Part shown: positions 35,485-46,287 of the stretch, piece by piece
Layout: every line of letters begins with the position of its first letter
Numbering within the stretch: the first letter of the stretch is position 1
Origin: Candidatus Dormiibacterota bacterium
Lineage (GTDB): Bacteria; Chloroflexota; Dormibacteria; Aeolococcales; Aeolococcaceae
Assembly (NCBI GenBank): GCA_963819095.1
Contig: CAWFUO010000009.1
Coordinates: forward strand, 16,699 to 80,698
DNA: 64,000 nucleotides
Reading direction: 5' to 3'
Notes under the pieces: generated by a model
Told to the model about the DNA's origin: nothing
Databases searched by the model: none
What the model saw: the letters and a program-made list of their open reading frames with translations, nothing else
Program-made: the position numbers and the translations under genes

Positions 35485-36456
35485 TCAGGCGGGCAGAGAG
35501 CCCTCACGGCCTGGGGACGCCGAGCGCCACCAATCGACAGTGCGCCGCAACCCCTCCACCAGGGGAATTGTCGCCCGCCACCCCAGCTCGCGCTCCGCCA
35601 CGGTCACGTCTGGACAACGTCGCTGCGGGTCGTCGACGGGGAGCGGCTCCAGGACGATTGCCGACTGGCTGGCGCAGATGTCGCGCACCATCTCGGCGAG
35701 CTGCAACACGGTGACCTCGTGAGGATTGCCGAGGTTCACGGGTTGCCGGTAGTCGGAGCGCAGCAGCCGCATCAATCCCTCGATGAGATCGTCGACGTAG
35801 CAAAGACTGCGTGTCTGCGAGCCCTTGCCGTACACGGTGATGGGCTCGCCTGCAAGCGCCTGGGTGACGAACTGCGGCACCGCGCGGCCATCGTGATCAC
35901 GCATGCGTGGTCCGAATGTGTTGAAGATGCGAGCGATCCGCACGTCGACGCCGCGACTGTTCATGAACGCCATCGTGAACGTCTCCGAGACGCGTTTCGA
36001 CTCGTCGTAGACACCACGAGGACCGATCGGATTGACGTTGCCCCAGTACGTCTCGGGCTGTGGATGCACGAGCGGATCGCCATACACCTCGCTGGTCGAC
36101 GCCAGCAGGAACCGCGCGCTCTTCTCCTCGGCCATGCGCAGCGCGTTCATGGTTCCGAGCGTGCCCACCTCGAGCGTGGCGAGCGGATGCTGCTGATAAT
36201 CGACGGGCGATGCCAGCGACGCGAAATGGAGGATGGCGTCGACGTTGCCGTCGACGCTCCACGCGCCCGTGATGTCTGCAACGCGAAGGTCGAAGCGCGG
36301 ATTTCCCTTGAGGTGGTTGACGTTACGCTCGCTCCCCGTGATGAGGTTGTCGACACAGATCACCTCGGCCTCGTCGGCAAGCAGGCGGTCTGCGAGGTGC
36401 GACCCGAGGAAGCCCGCGCCGCCGGTGACGACGACGCGAGTGGGGCTCCAGGTCAT
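35485..36456 (-). CDS. uxs: UDP-glucuronate decarboxylase (UDP-xylose synthase)
   Basis: Strongly UXS-like: [82 protein letters not shown] overlap with ugd. Confidence 0.9.
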   Translation of the reverse strand: MTWSPTRVVVTGGAGFLGSHLADRLLADEAEVICVDNLITGSERNVNHLKGNPRFDLRVADITGAWSVDGNVDAILHFASLASPVDYQQHPLATLEVGTLGTMNALRMAEEKSARFLLASTSEVYGDPLVHPQPETYWGNVNPIGPRGVYDESKRVSETFTMAFMNSRGVDVRIARIFNTFGPRMRDHDGRAVPQFVTQALAGEPITVYGKGSQTRSLCYVDDLIEGLMRLLRSDYRQPVNLGNPHEVTVLQLAEMVRDICASQSAIVLEPLPVDDPQRRCPDVTVAERELGWRATIPLVEGLRRTVDWWRSASPGREGSLPA

Positions 36457-37826
36457 CGCACCGCGGCTGGTTCGGAAGCAAGTCTCGCAGCCGGTGTCGC
36501 TGCCTTGGCCGGCTTCGGTTTGCGCGGTGGACGGCCAACGCCCAGGTAGGTGAACCCAAGCTCCACCAGGGGATCGGCGTCGATGCAGTTGCGACCGTCG
36601 ACAACCAGGCGGCGGCGCACGAGGGCAGCCACACGGGCCCAGTCGAGACCGACATACTCCGGCCACTCGGTGACCACGAGCACCGCATCGACACCGGTGA
36701 CGCACTCATATGGGTCGTCCACGAGTGTGGTGTTGGGCAGCAGCGGGCGCGCATTGGTCGCCGCAACCGGGTCGGTGGCAACAACCACCGCACCGAGGTC
36801 TTCAAGGTGGCGGATGACGTCGATCGACGCGGCCTGGCGGACATCGTCAGTGCCGGGCTTGAAGGCGAGGCCGAGCACCGCGATCCTGCGCCGGGCGAGC
36901 TTGCCGTTGAGCGCGCGCTGCACCTTGGCCACAAAACGGCTCCGTGCCTGCTGATTGACCTCGACCGCGGCGCGAAGCAGCTGGAAGCTCTGGCCGTGAT
37001 AGCTCGCCGCCTGGTCGAGAGCTCGGACGTCCTTTGGAAAGCACGAGCCGCCAAAACCAAGCCCCGCCCCGAGAAAGGCCCGGCCGATGCGCTCGTCTGT
37101 GCCGATGCCATCGGCGACCGAGCTCACGTCGGCGCCGGTGAACTCGCAGAGCTGCGCCATCTCGTTGATGAACGAGATCTTCAGCGCCAGGAATGAGTTG
37201 ACCCCGTACTTGATCAGCTCGGCGCTCGTCGAGTCGGTGATCCTGATGGGAGCGTCGAGATGCCCGAAGAGGTGCGCCACGCGGTCGCAGGCTTCGGGGT
37301 CCTCACCGCCGATCACCACCTGCGGGGGCTGGCGGAAGTCACGCACCGCACTGCCTTCGGCGAGGAACTCGGGACACACCGTCAACGGCACGACGCGGCC
37401 GTTGCGCCGGCAGAGGGACTGCAGCGACGCGGTGGTGCCCGGCGGCACCGTGCTCTTGATGGCGATCACCGTCTCCGGGCCGGCGTGCTTGACCGCCTGG
37501 GTCACAGCGGCACGCACCTGGGTGAGATCCGCTCGTCCATCACCCAGAGGCGGCGTCCCCACGGCGATCATGATCACGGCCGCCCCGTCCATGGCCTCTG
37601 CCGCATCGTCGTGCAGGGTCAGCGTGCTGCTGCCGAGGACCTCGAGGAGCAAATAATCGAGCAGCGGTTCATGAATCGGGGCCTTGCCGCCGCGGAGGAC
37701 GGCGAGCCGCGCCCGGTCGATGTCGAGGAGGCGCACCGGCACGCCGGCGTCGGCGAGGCAGACCGCCGTCACCAGCCCGACGTACCCGGCGCCCACCATG
37801 CAGAGCGGGTCCGGGCGCTTGATCAC
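36453..37826 (-). CDS. ugd: UDP-glucose 6-dehydrogenase
   Basis: [52 protein letters not shown]. Start set to GTG 37826. Confidence 0.9.
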   Translation of the reverse strand: MIKRPDPLCMVGAGYVGLVTAVCLADAGVPVRLLDIDRARLAVLRGGKAPIHEPLLDYLLLEVLGSSTLTLHDDAAEAMDGAAVIMIAVGTPPLGDGRADLTQVRAAVTQAVKHAGPETVIAIKSTVPPGTTASLQSLCRRNGRVVPLTVCPEFLAEGSAVRDFRQPPQVVIGGEDPEACDRVAHLFGHLDAPIRITDSTSAELIKYGVNSFLALKISFINEMAQLCEFTGADVSSVADGIGTDERIGRAFLGAGLGFGGSCFPKDVRALDQAASYHGQSFQLLRAAVEVNQQARSRFVAKVQRALNGKLARRRIAVLGLAFKPGTDDVRQAASIDVIRHLEDLGAVVVATDPVAATNARPLLPNTTLVDDPYECVTGVDAVLVVTEWPEYVGLDWARVAALVRRRLVVDGRNCIDADPLVELGFTYLGVGRPPRKPKPAKAATPAARLASEPAAVR

Positions 37827-37888
37827 CGGTGATGTCCTTGGAGCCACACGCCAACAATACGGGTCGCGGCGGCGGCGCACGCCGTCGC

Positions 37889-38935
37889 TCAGGAGATGGG
37901 AAGCCGGGGCGGCGATCCACCGCCCGTTTCGAGGCCGCGCGCCCCCTCCAGCATGCCGGCCCAGAAACCCACCCCCCAGGCCACATGCATCACCAGGAAG
38001 GTGGCTGGGATGCGGCCGCGAACTGCAAGGGGCTCGCCTTTCCCCGCCATCACCGTGGCGAGGAGGTTGGCCGCGGCGTATGAACTCGCCGCCGCAAGGG
38101 CGACGCGGCGACCCCGGCCGGTGACCACCATCAGTGCCGTCACTGGGATCGACGCGACAAGTGCGGGTGCAGCGAGATGGTACGGCCGGATCACCCCCGG
38201 GCTCGCCCGGGCCACGCGAACCTTCCCCCGGCCGTACCGGTAGTACTGGCGGGCGAGTGCTCCCAGGCCGTCGCGGACGTGGTAGCGGGTCCGCAGATCG
38301 GGGCTGAACACGATCCGGCCACCGGTCGATCGGATTCGCTCGTTGAGCTCGTAGTCCTCGTGCGGCGGGTACGCCTCATCAAAGAGACCCACGCGCTCGA
38401 AGGCTGTCCGCCGGAAGGTGCCCAGGAAGACGGTCGGCATCTCCTGCTCCTCCCGGCTGTATCGAAAGCGGGCACCGCCGACCCCGAATGGCGAGCTCAT
38501 GGCCCGGGAGATCGCCCGTCCTGACGCCCCGTCGCCGACAGCTTCCTGGAGGCCGCCGACGTTGTCCGCGCCGGTCGCCTGCAGGAGCTCGACCGACCGG
38601 CGCAGGTGGTTCGTCGCCCACTGGGCGTGGCCATCTTGACGGGCGATGACCGCCCCCCTGCTTGCCAGGATCGCGTGGTTGAGGCCGGCCGCCTGCAGCC
38701 GGCCTGGGTTGTCGATGAGGCGCACGTTGGGGTGGCGGGTGGCGATCCGCTCCACGATGTCCCGGGTTCGATCGTCCGAGCCCCCGTCGGCAACGATCAC
38801 CTCGTAGCGATCGGCTGGATAGTCCTGAGCGAGCACCGAGTCAAGGCATTCCTCGATGTGCCGCTCCTCGTTGTAGACGGGGATCACCACGCTGATGAAT
38901 GGCGTGCCGCTCAGATCCGGTTGCATTGCGCGCAT
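37889..38935 (-). CDS. GT2 glycosyltransferase (ExoA-like) with C-terminal TM segments
   Basis: ISVVIPVYNEERHIEECLDSVLAQDYP...EVIVADGGSDDRT...GGARFRY...EDYELN. Start set to ATG 38935; the upstream ORF extension is antisense to the divergent gene. Confidence 0.8.
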   Translation of the reverse strand: MRAMQPDLSGTPFISVVIPVYNEERHIEECLDSVLAQDYPADRYEVIVADGGSDDRTRDIVERIATRHPNVRLIDNPGRLQAAGLNHAILASRGAVIARQDGHAQWATNHLRRSVELLQATGADNVGGLQEAVGDGASGRAISRAMSSPFGVGGARFRYSREEQEMPTVFLGTFRRTAFERVGLFDEAYPPHEDYELNERIRSTGGRIVFSPDLRTRYHVRDGLGALARQYYRYGRGKVRVARASPGVIRPYHLAAPALVASIPVTALMVVTGRGRRVALAAASSYAAANLLATVMAGKGEPLAVRGRIPATFLVMHVAWGVGFWAGMLEGARGLETGGGSPPRLPIS

Positions 38936-39014
38936 ATCCTGACTGCTAGCACCCAAACGGCGCAGGGTATTGTGGTGCGGCGCAATCCCAGGATCAGCGT
39001 GTAGGCTTGGCTCG

Positions 39015-40406
39015 ATGATCGCCCAGGACGTTCCGGGCGCCACCGTTACGTCTCGTCGCCGAGGGATCCTGGTCTCCGAGCGAAAGCTGCTGCTTGCGGC
39101 CGGGGACGCGCTTCTCGTGGCCGCCTCGCTCATCCTCGCCTTCAACCTGCGCTCGGGCCCGATCCAGCACGCCGCCTTGACCGTGCCCTGGAAGGGCGTT
39201 GTCCTGGTCACAGCGCTCTGGCTTGCGATCGGCCTCGTCGTCGACGCCTATGACCTGCACGCCGCGGTCAGCGCGCGAGGGATCTTCAGGGTCGTGGCCA
39301 CGACGGTCGCGCTCGAGGCGGTCGCCCTGCTCGCAGTCTTCTTCATCGTTCCGTTCGAGATCACGCGGCCCACGATCCTCATCTGGGTGCCCGTGTCGGG
39401 CCTCACCGTCCTCTGCTGGCGGCTGGGGTACCGGCGGTTCTTCTCGAGCGCGATCTTCGCGGGGCGGATCATGCTGGTGGCAGACCCGGAGACGGTCGAT
39501 CGGGTCTGGGGCGAGGTGGATGACCAGATGGCCGGCCTCTACAGGGTCGTCGGCACCATCCACCCTGCCGATGTGGACGCGGGAACCCGGCTCACCGCGG
39601 CTGCGGTTGGACACGAGGCCGATCAGATCGTTCTCGGCGCCGAGGAGGATCTGCCCACCGAACTCTTCCAGAGCCTCGTCGACTGCTACGACCGCGGCCT
39701 GGTGGTGCGGTCTGTCGCCGACGTCTATGAGGAGTTGACGGGCAGGCTGCTCGTGGAGCGGTTGCGCCAGTCGTGGTTGCTGTCGCTGCAGCAACGCGGC
39801 GAGACCTCGCGTGTCTATGCGATGTTCAAGCGCGTCGTCGACATTCTCGCCGGGTTGGTCGGACTGCTGATCCTCGCCATCCTGCTGCCTTTTGTGTGGG
39901 TGGCGGTCAAGCTCGAGGATCGTGGTCCACTCTTCCATCGCCAGGTGCGTGTGGGGCATTTCGGCCGGCCGTTCGACATTCTCAAGCTGCGCACGATGCG
40001 TGTCCAGCAACGCGAGGCATCGGAGCGTCCGGAATTGCACTGGACCGCACTCGACGATGTGCGCATCACCAGAGTTGGCGCCGTCTTGCGGCGTCTGCAT
40101 CTCGACGAGCTGCCGCAGGCATGGAATATCCTCCGCGGTGAGATGAGCGTCGTCGGTCCGCGCCCGGAACAACCGCACTACGTCGACGAGTTGCGCGAGA
40201 CCATTCCCTACTACAACACAAGATTGTCGGTGCGCCCGGGGCTCACAGGATGGGCACAGGTGAACTACGGATACGGCAGCGGTGTGGCGGGATCAACCGT
40301 CAAACTCTCGTACGACCTTTACTACATCAAGCATCAATCTGTCGCACTCGATCTCTTGATAATGGCGCGCACCGTGTTTGCAGTGGCCACGCTCAAAGGC
40401 CGCTGA
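39015..40406 (+). CDS. exopolysaccharide polyprenyl glycosylphosphotransferase (Bac_transf, WbaP/EpsB-like priming enzyme)
   Basis: 4 N-terminal TM helices and a central domain, then KRVVDILAGLVGLLIL...PLFHRQVRVG..G.PF.ILKLRTM...DELPQAWNILRGEMSVVGPRPE...PGLTGWAQV. Confidence 0.85.
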   Translation: MIAQDVPGATVTSRRRGILVSERKLLLAAGDALLVAASLILAFNLRSGPIQHAALTVPWKGVVLVTALWLAIGLVVDAYDLHAAVSARGIFRVVATTVALEAVALLAVFFIVPFEITRPTILIWVPVSGLTVLCWRLGYRRFFSSAIFAGRIMLVADPETVDRVWGEVDDQMAGLYRVVGTIHPADVDAGTRLTAAAVGHEADQIVLGAEEDLPTELFQSLVDCYDRGLVVRSVADVYEELTGRLLVERLRQSWLLSLQQRGETSRVYAMFKRVVDILAGLVGLLILAILLPFVWVAVKLEDRGPLFHRQVRVGHFGRPFDILKLRTMRVQQREASERPELHWTALDDVRITRVGAVLRRLHLDELPQAWNILRGEMSVVGPRPEQPHYVDELRETIPYYNTRLSVRPGLTGWAQVNYGYGSGVAGSTVKLSYDLYYIKHQSVALDLLIMARTVFAVATLKGR

Positions 40407-40418
40407 GCTCGACCCGGC

Positions 40419-42578
40419 TTGTCGCTGCAGGACTTCGCGCAAAGTTTCCCCGGGGTGGTGATCGCCGCCATCCTTCCCGGTTTCGCGTTGGCGACTCTGC
40501 TCGGCCCTCGCTGGCACTGGTGGGCGCGACTCGCGATGGCACCGGGTCTCTCCGCCGGGTTTATCGGTGTTGCCGGCATGGCGATGCACGACGTCCACAT
40601 CCCATTCGAGCCGCTGACGATATTTCCGCTGACCGTGGTGCTCGGCATTGGTGCCGTGTACCGGTGGCGGCGTACGGAACCCAGCCTCGATGCAGGCCCG
40701 CCGTGGTGGATGCCGATTCCGGCGCTGGTCGCCGGTGCGGTGGGTGCATCCGTGTTCATCTGGGCACTGCACGGCCAGGTGCTGCCACCCGACTGGGACA
40801 CAGCCACGCACGGCGGTCTGGTCAATACGATCGCACGCACACACGATGTCTTCCCCTTGATCACGATTCCCATCGAAGGAACCGAATTCGCCCGGCTGCG
40901 GCCGGGTTTCGAGGCGATGGCGGCGGTGGTGTCCTGGCTCGGCGCGCCGTCACCGGCGATGGCCATGGCGCCGATCATCGCGACGACGCTGGTGCTGATC
41001 CCCGTCTCGCTGTTGCTACTCGCACTCGAGGCAACCGGCTCGATCGCGCTCGCGGCGGTGGTGCCATTCTTCGCGCTCGGCCTCGCATTCCCATCGTTTC
41101 AGGCAATCGTCGGACGCTTCCCCGAGATCGTCAACTCGACGCTCATCGTGCCCTTCATCGTGGCGGTGTTACGCGCCATGCGGGGAGTCTTCACACGCGG
41201 CAACGCGTTGCTGTTGTTCGCAATCACCACGTCGATCTGGGTCATCCACGGGCTCGAGGTGTTCACGGCCGCAGTCGTCGCGTGTGGGCTCTTCACCATC
41301 ACCGTTGTGCGCATCGTTCGCGCCAACCCGAGGCTCGCCCTCGTCCGGATGGTGGCGGCTGCAGGGGCTGTGCTCGCCGGCGCACTGCTCGTGACCGTGC
41401 TGACGCGCACGCCACATGTCCCGGCGCCGACGGCGATCCAGCCCTCAGCCGCAACCGTCGACACAGCGAGTCAGCCCATCCACCTCCGTGTGATCCTCGC
41501 TTCGATCGCCCAGACCGACCTCATCACCCCTGTCACCTTCGCGCTGTATTTGATCGGTGTTGTGGCCTTGCTCGTGCGACGCAAGATGCTCTGGGTTCTC
41601 GTGGCACAGGTGGTGCTGGTGGCGCTGATGGTGGACGACTTCTACTTGCACAAGCTCGCAAAGCTCTGGCGCGTCATCTATCCCTGGGGTGAGCAGGACC
41701 GCATCCTCGGTGTTCAGTACTGGTTGATCCCGCTGGTTCTGGGGGTGGGATTCCTGACCATCCTGAAGGTGATGCGATCCCTGTCACGAACGCGCCGCCT
41801 GCAGGTTGGCGCAACCGCCGCGGCGATCATCGTTGCGCTTGTGGCGGTGCTCCTCCGGCATTCGCTCGGCACGGTGTGGATCTCGTACATCGGCCAGTAC
41901 CCGGTGTACACATATCCGCTGGGCGTCTTCGATCCGCTGACGATGTTGCGTCCATGGATCCTGGTGATGGCCATCGCCGCGGCGGCCGTGGCGATCGCCT
42001 GGGTGCTGCTGGTGCTGGGTGCAGACCTACCGAGATCCATCGGCACGCGGCTCCGATCATCGGTCCCGCGGGTGGATCCAGCGGCGCTGGCGTTGGGGCT
42101 CATCGCCGTCGTGTGCGTCGTGGCCGGCGCCGCCTCCGAGCTCAGCACATACCGCACCGCGGTGAACACGAGGTCGCTGGTCGTGCCCGCCGACCTCACG
42201 GTGTTGAAGACCTTGACTGCGGACTATCCGAGCCGGACCGTCGTGATGACCAACGGGAACAACGACGCGGGCATGTGGATGACCGGGCTCACGGATCTGA
42301 CACCGATGGTGCCCAACGGCTTCGAGGAAGGGTCACTGAGCATCGGGCTCGACGTCGCTCTCGCCAACGCCTGCACCGATCCCGGCGATGCCGTGGCCGC
42401 AATCGAGCGCGAGGCGGAGTCGACCAACGCGTCGGTGATCTTCATCGGCGCCCACACCATCGCCTCGCCGATGTTCGCGTGGAAGGTGAACTGCGTCGCC
42501 AAGCTGCCCGATCTTCGACTGATCACCTCAGCGCCGTGGCAGGGATCGACGGCGGCGGCGTTCGCGGTCATCAAATAG
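40419..42578 (+). CDS. large polytopic membrane protein, GT-C-like, function unknown
   Basis: 719 aa (TTG start). About 14 hydrophobic helices and a ~150-aa soluble C-terminal domain. It starts 12 nt after the priming transferase gene. Confidence 0.55.
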   Translation: MSLQDFAQSFPGVVIAAILPGFALATLLGPRWHWWARLAMAPGLSAGFIGVAGMAMHDVHIPFEPLTIFPLTVVLGIGAVYRWRRTEPSLDAGPPWWMPIPALVAGAVGASVFIWALHGQVLPPDWDTATHGGLVNTIARTHDVFPLITIPIEGTEFARLRPGFEAMAAVVSWLGAPSPAMAMAPIIATTLVLIPVSLLLLALEATGSIALAAVVPFFALGLAFPSFQAIVGRFPEIVNSTLIVPFIVAVLRAMRGVFTRGNALLLFAITTSIWVIHGLEVFTAAVVACGLFTITVVRIVRANPRLALVRMVAAAGAVLAGALLVTVLTRTPHVPAPTAIQPSAATVDTASQPIHLRVILASIAQTDLITPVTFALYLIGVVALLVRRKMLWVLVAQVVLVALMVDDFYLHKLAKLWRVIYPWGEQDRILGVQYWLIPLVLGVGFLTILKVMRSLSRTRRLQVGATAAAIIVALVAVLLRHSLGTVWISYIGQYPVYTYPLGVFDPLTMLRPWILVMAIAAAAVAIAWVLLVLGADLPRSIGTRLRSSVPRVDPAALALGLIAVVCVVAGAASELSTYRTAVNTRSLVVPADLTVLKTLTADYPSRTVVMTNGNNDAGMWMTGLTDLTPMVPNGFEEGSLSIGLDVALANACTDPGDAVAAIEREAESTNASVIFIGAHTIASPMFAWKVNCVAKLPDLRLITSAPWQGSTAAAFAVIK

Positions 42579-42674
42579 GGGCCCTCCACACTGAGAACGC
42601 TCTCAGGTAAGCACGTCGCCGCGTGAGTATCCTCAGGCCCACATCAATGCAGGAGAGGGAATGAGGGGCGTCAG

Positions 42675-45192
42675 GTGCTGAGGCGGATTGCTGCCGCGCT
42701 GTCCGGCCTCGCACTCACGCTCCTGCCGCTCGCGTCGCAACGGGTGGGAGCATCCGCAAGCCCGGTGACCGGCTACTCGTTCGCGCAGAGCAGTCTGGCC
42801 GGCGGCGGATTCGAGAACGTCATCGCAGCCGATCCGCGGCACAACGGGGTGGTCCTGAGCGGTGGTGATGTGTCCGGCCTCGAGAGGTCCGCGGACTTCG
42901 GTAAGACGTGGGTGGCTTCACAGAACGGAACGATCGATTCGACGTACCACCCCGTGGCCGCGATCGCCTTTGATCCGGCGTCGCCGCATGACGTCTACGC
43001 AGCGACCAACGGCGGCGTCGCGGAATCGACCGACGACGGCGTGTCGTGGACCCCGCTGGCACCCGGTCCCGATTTCAATGGGGCGAATTCCAGCAATCCA
43101 TCGGGGATGACGGGCGAAGAGCGATGCGTTGGAAGTCTCCTCGCGATCGATGACACCACGACACCCCATACCCTCTATGCGGCGAGCTTCGACGAGGGTG
43201 TCTGGGCGTACTCCAAGGGCGCGTGGTCTGTCATCGTCCCTCAGACACAACTCGGGACGCCCTTTTGTCTCACCTCGTTGGCCTGGGGTCCCGCCCACAC
43301 GCTCCTCGTCGCGACCTGGGGTGAGGGTGTGTTCAGCATCGCTCACCCGAACCCCGCCGGTTCAAGTGCGTCACCGGTGAGTGGTGCTCCCGCAGTGGTT
43401 CAAGAGCTCGTCGGTCTCACGGATGGCGATACGTGGGGAGCCGCATACACAACCGGCGTCGGCGTCATAACAGGTACGGGCACGAGTGCCGAGTGGACGA
43501 CAAGGCTGAGCCCCGCCGGCGCCGAGCACTACATGTCGATCGCCGCGTACGTAAACGGAGGCGAGGACACGGTTATCGCGGGGTCGGATGACTCTGTATC
43601 GGTGGCGAATCAGCCGACGCTCCATCAGGTGCTGCACCAGACGACGAATTCCGGGAGCTCGTGGACGTCATTGCCGACATCGACGGCGCAGGTGAGCACC
43701 GAGCTCCTCGGTCCGACGCTGGGCAATCCCTGGTGGCATACGGCAGCGTACGCGCCGCCGCTGCTGTACTCAGGGAGCATGGTGCCGTCGTCCATCGTCA
43801 TCGAGCACGAACGCGCCGGTGACGACATCTGGATTGCCGGATTCGGCGGAAACTGGCGGCTGCTTGGCGCAGAGAAGCAGACAACGTTCTATCCGGCCGA
43901 CTACGGTCTCGGCGCGACGGTCAATCATCACCTCGCGCTGGGCCCAACCACCATCAGCGATCCACGGTCGGGTCAGCGCGTCTACCTCGGTGACACGGAC
44001 TGGGGGATGTTCAGCTCCGCCGACGGATTCAGCACCCAACAGGGCATCAGCGACGACCAGTTCAGCAGTACCGATACTGTCGGCTACGCCACGGTTGTCG
44101 ATGGCGGTGTGTCGCCTCCCGTCGTGTACGTCGGTGTCGGCAACCGTGACAGCAACACGCAGGGCGACCTGATGAGCGCAGCCGCTCCGGCGATGTCCCC
44201 TTCCGACTTCCAGTCGACGGGGCTGGGAGCCGCGACCGGCGGTGGACGTCCCCTTGCAGTCGGAGTCGTCGACACGTCCGGGACTCCGACGCTGATCGTC
44301 GCGGTCGAGGCGAGTGGGCTGTGGACCAGCGTCGGGACTGGGCCCTGGATGCAGGACACCTCGCTGTTCATGAGCGACCCGACCAATACGCCCACTGCGG
44401 CAATCGCGACCGGCAGCGGTGCGCAGGCCCAGACCGTGTACGCGTACTACCCGCAGCGTGGTGTGTTTCGCTCACTGGACGCCGGCGCACCGGGCACGTG
44501 GACTGAGATCTGGGCTCACCCGTCCGTCGCGACCGTGCCGTTCCTCATGGTCGACAGCTCGGATCCGACGCGGCTCTGGGTCAGCGCCAATGGCGGGCTC
44601 TACCGACTGGACGGCGCCGCGACTGCAACGATCACCACGTACACCACCACGCCTCCACCCATCGTCATCGCCGGCACGACCTCGGGTCTCGCGGAGCTCA
44701 ACGGCCAGGTGTTCACCACCGAACTTGTCTCGGGTACCGGTCTCGAGCTCCAGGTGAGCGAACTCGACCGGCGCCAACTTCACCAACCTGGGCAACAGCC
44801 AGTTGAGCGGGACACTTGCGAGCGCGAGCAGCATCGCGGTCGCGAACGACGGGACTGTCTACATCGCGACGTCGGGCTCCGGACTGATCGTTGGCACGCC
44901 GGTGGCTGCGACCACCACGACCCTGACCTCGACACCCGACCCGTCGCTCCCTGGCAAGCGCGTCACCTTCACCGCGACCGTCAGCACTGATGGCGACGGC
45001 ACTCCGACGGGACAAGTGGTGTTCTGGAATGGAACGCGAAAGCTTGGGACCGCGAAACTCAACGCGTCAGGGGTCGCAACGTTCTCGACCTCGACGCTGA
45101 AGAAGGGAAGCTACACGATCATCGCCCGGTATCAAGGCGACGCAGGCGATGCTGCGTCAGCCTCGGCGCCGATGGTTCAGACCGTTTCCTGA
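42675..45192 (+). CDS. secreted Asp-box (BNR) beta-propeller protein with C-terminal Ig-like domain (apparent +1 frameshift at ~44758..44775)
   Basis: Signal peptide MLRRIAAALSGLALTLLPLASQ. Asp-boxes SADFGKTW, STDDGVSW, TNSGSSW. The ORF 44803..45192 (TLTSTPDPSLPGKRVTFTATVS...VVFWNGTRKLGTAKLN..GVATFSTSTLKKGSYTIIARYQGD) is an Ig-like repeat with far better third-position G/C than the continuing first frame. Confidence 0.7.
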
Positions 45193-45196
45193 CGCG

Positions 45197-46189
45197 TCAC
45201 GCGCCCGCTCGCGCAGGCGGGAGCAGCGGTGGCATTCCGTCGAGCTGGAACCCCCAGTCGAACAGCCGGCTCTCCAGCTTGGCCGGGTAGTTCCCGCTGA
45301 GGATCACGGCCAGGAGGTGATGTCCGCCCCGGACCGCCATTCCGATCAGGCAGGCGCCGGCGTTGCCGGTCCAGCCCGGCTTGATGCCAATTGCGGCCGG
45401 ATAGTCCTCAAGGAGGGCATCGAGGTTATGGAGGTGAAACGCGGGGTGCTCGGCGCTCGCCGGCAGGTTGATGAGTCGGGTGCCTACGATCTGGTCGAAC
45501 AGCGGGAATTGCTCGTAGGTGTACGCGGTGATCACGGCGAGGTCGTACGCGGATGCGTACAACTGGGGATCGTCGAGCCCCGCCGTCGCCGAGAAATGGG
45601 CTTCATCGAGACCGAGCGCGGCCACCTGCGCGTTCATCGCGCTGACGAAGCGTCCCTCGCCGACGGTATCGACGGCGATGGCACTCGCGGCATCATCGCC
45701 GCTCGGGAGCAGCATGCCTTCGAGCAACTCCTGCACGGTGAACGTCTCCCCCGCCCTCAGGTGCATCAACGTGTCGGCTGCCGACTGGCCCAGCGCAGCA
45801 GGTGTGATCGTCACTGTCTGGTCGGGGCTGAAATTCTCGAGCGCGACCAGCGCAGTGAGCACTTTGGTGAGGCTTGCCGGCGCCAGCTCAAGGTTGGGTT
45901 GTTTGGACCAGAGGATCTCACCGGTCTCCAGGTCCACCAGTATGCCGGCCTCTGCCTTCACCGCCGGTGCCCCGGCCGGTATGGCAGCGGGCATCGTGAA
46001 CGTGAGGTCCGCCCTCGCCACGTTCATGCCGGACCCCGGACGCGGGACCGCGGTCGCAGCCGGCCTGGGCGCCGCGGAGACCGTCCCTGGAGCGACCGGG
46101 AGTCGCGAGGTCGTGGCCAGGGTCCCCACCGCAACGCCGGCGGCTACCGCGACCAGACCGAGGCGGGCGTACCGAGGCAGCTTGAACAT
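45197..46189 (-). CDS. D-alanyl-D-alanine carboxypeptidase (peptidase S11, PBP5/6-like)
   Basis: N-terminal TM/signal segment. SxxK (PASLTKVL), SxN-like (LPSGDDAA), K[TP]G (IKPGWTGNAG). Start set to ATG 46189. Confidence 0.85.
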   Translation of the reverse strand: MFKLPRYARLGLVAVAAGVAVGTLATTSRLPVAPGTVSAAPRPAATAVPRPGSGMNVARADLTFTMPAAIPAGAPAVKAEAGILVDLETGEILWSKQPNLELAPASLTKVLTALVALENFSPDQTVTITPAALGQSAADTLMHLRAGETFTVQELLEGMLLPSGDDAASAIAVDTVGEGRFVSAMNAQVAALGLDEAHFSATAGLDDPQLYASAYDLAVITAYTYEQFPLFDQIVGTRLINLPASAEHPAFHLHNLDALLEDYPAAIGIKPGWTGNAGACLIGMAVRGGHHLLAVILSGNYPAKLESRLFDWGFQLDGMPPLLPPARAGA

Positions 46190-46287
46190 GAGGGTTGCGC
46201 CGAATGGTATCCCGAGTTCGCGCTCTCTTTTCGACGGATTTGACACCAACCTCGGTGTCAGCCGGTCGGAGCCTGCCGACGCGAAGC

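Noticed and set aside
10106-45192. The glycan island as a horizontally acquired mobile element.
   Set aside because: I found no integrase, transposase, flanking tRNA or direct repeats, and no obvious compositional break by eye. It is treated as a chromosomal glycan locus.
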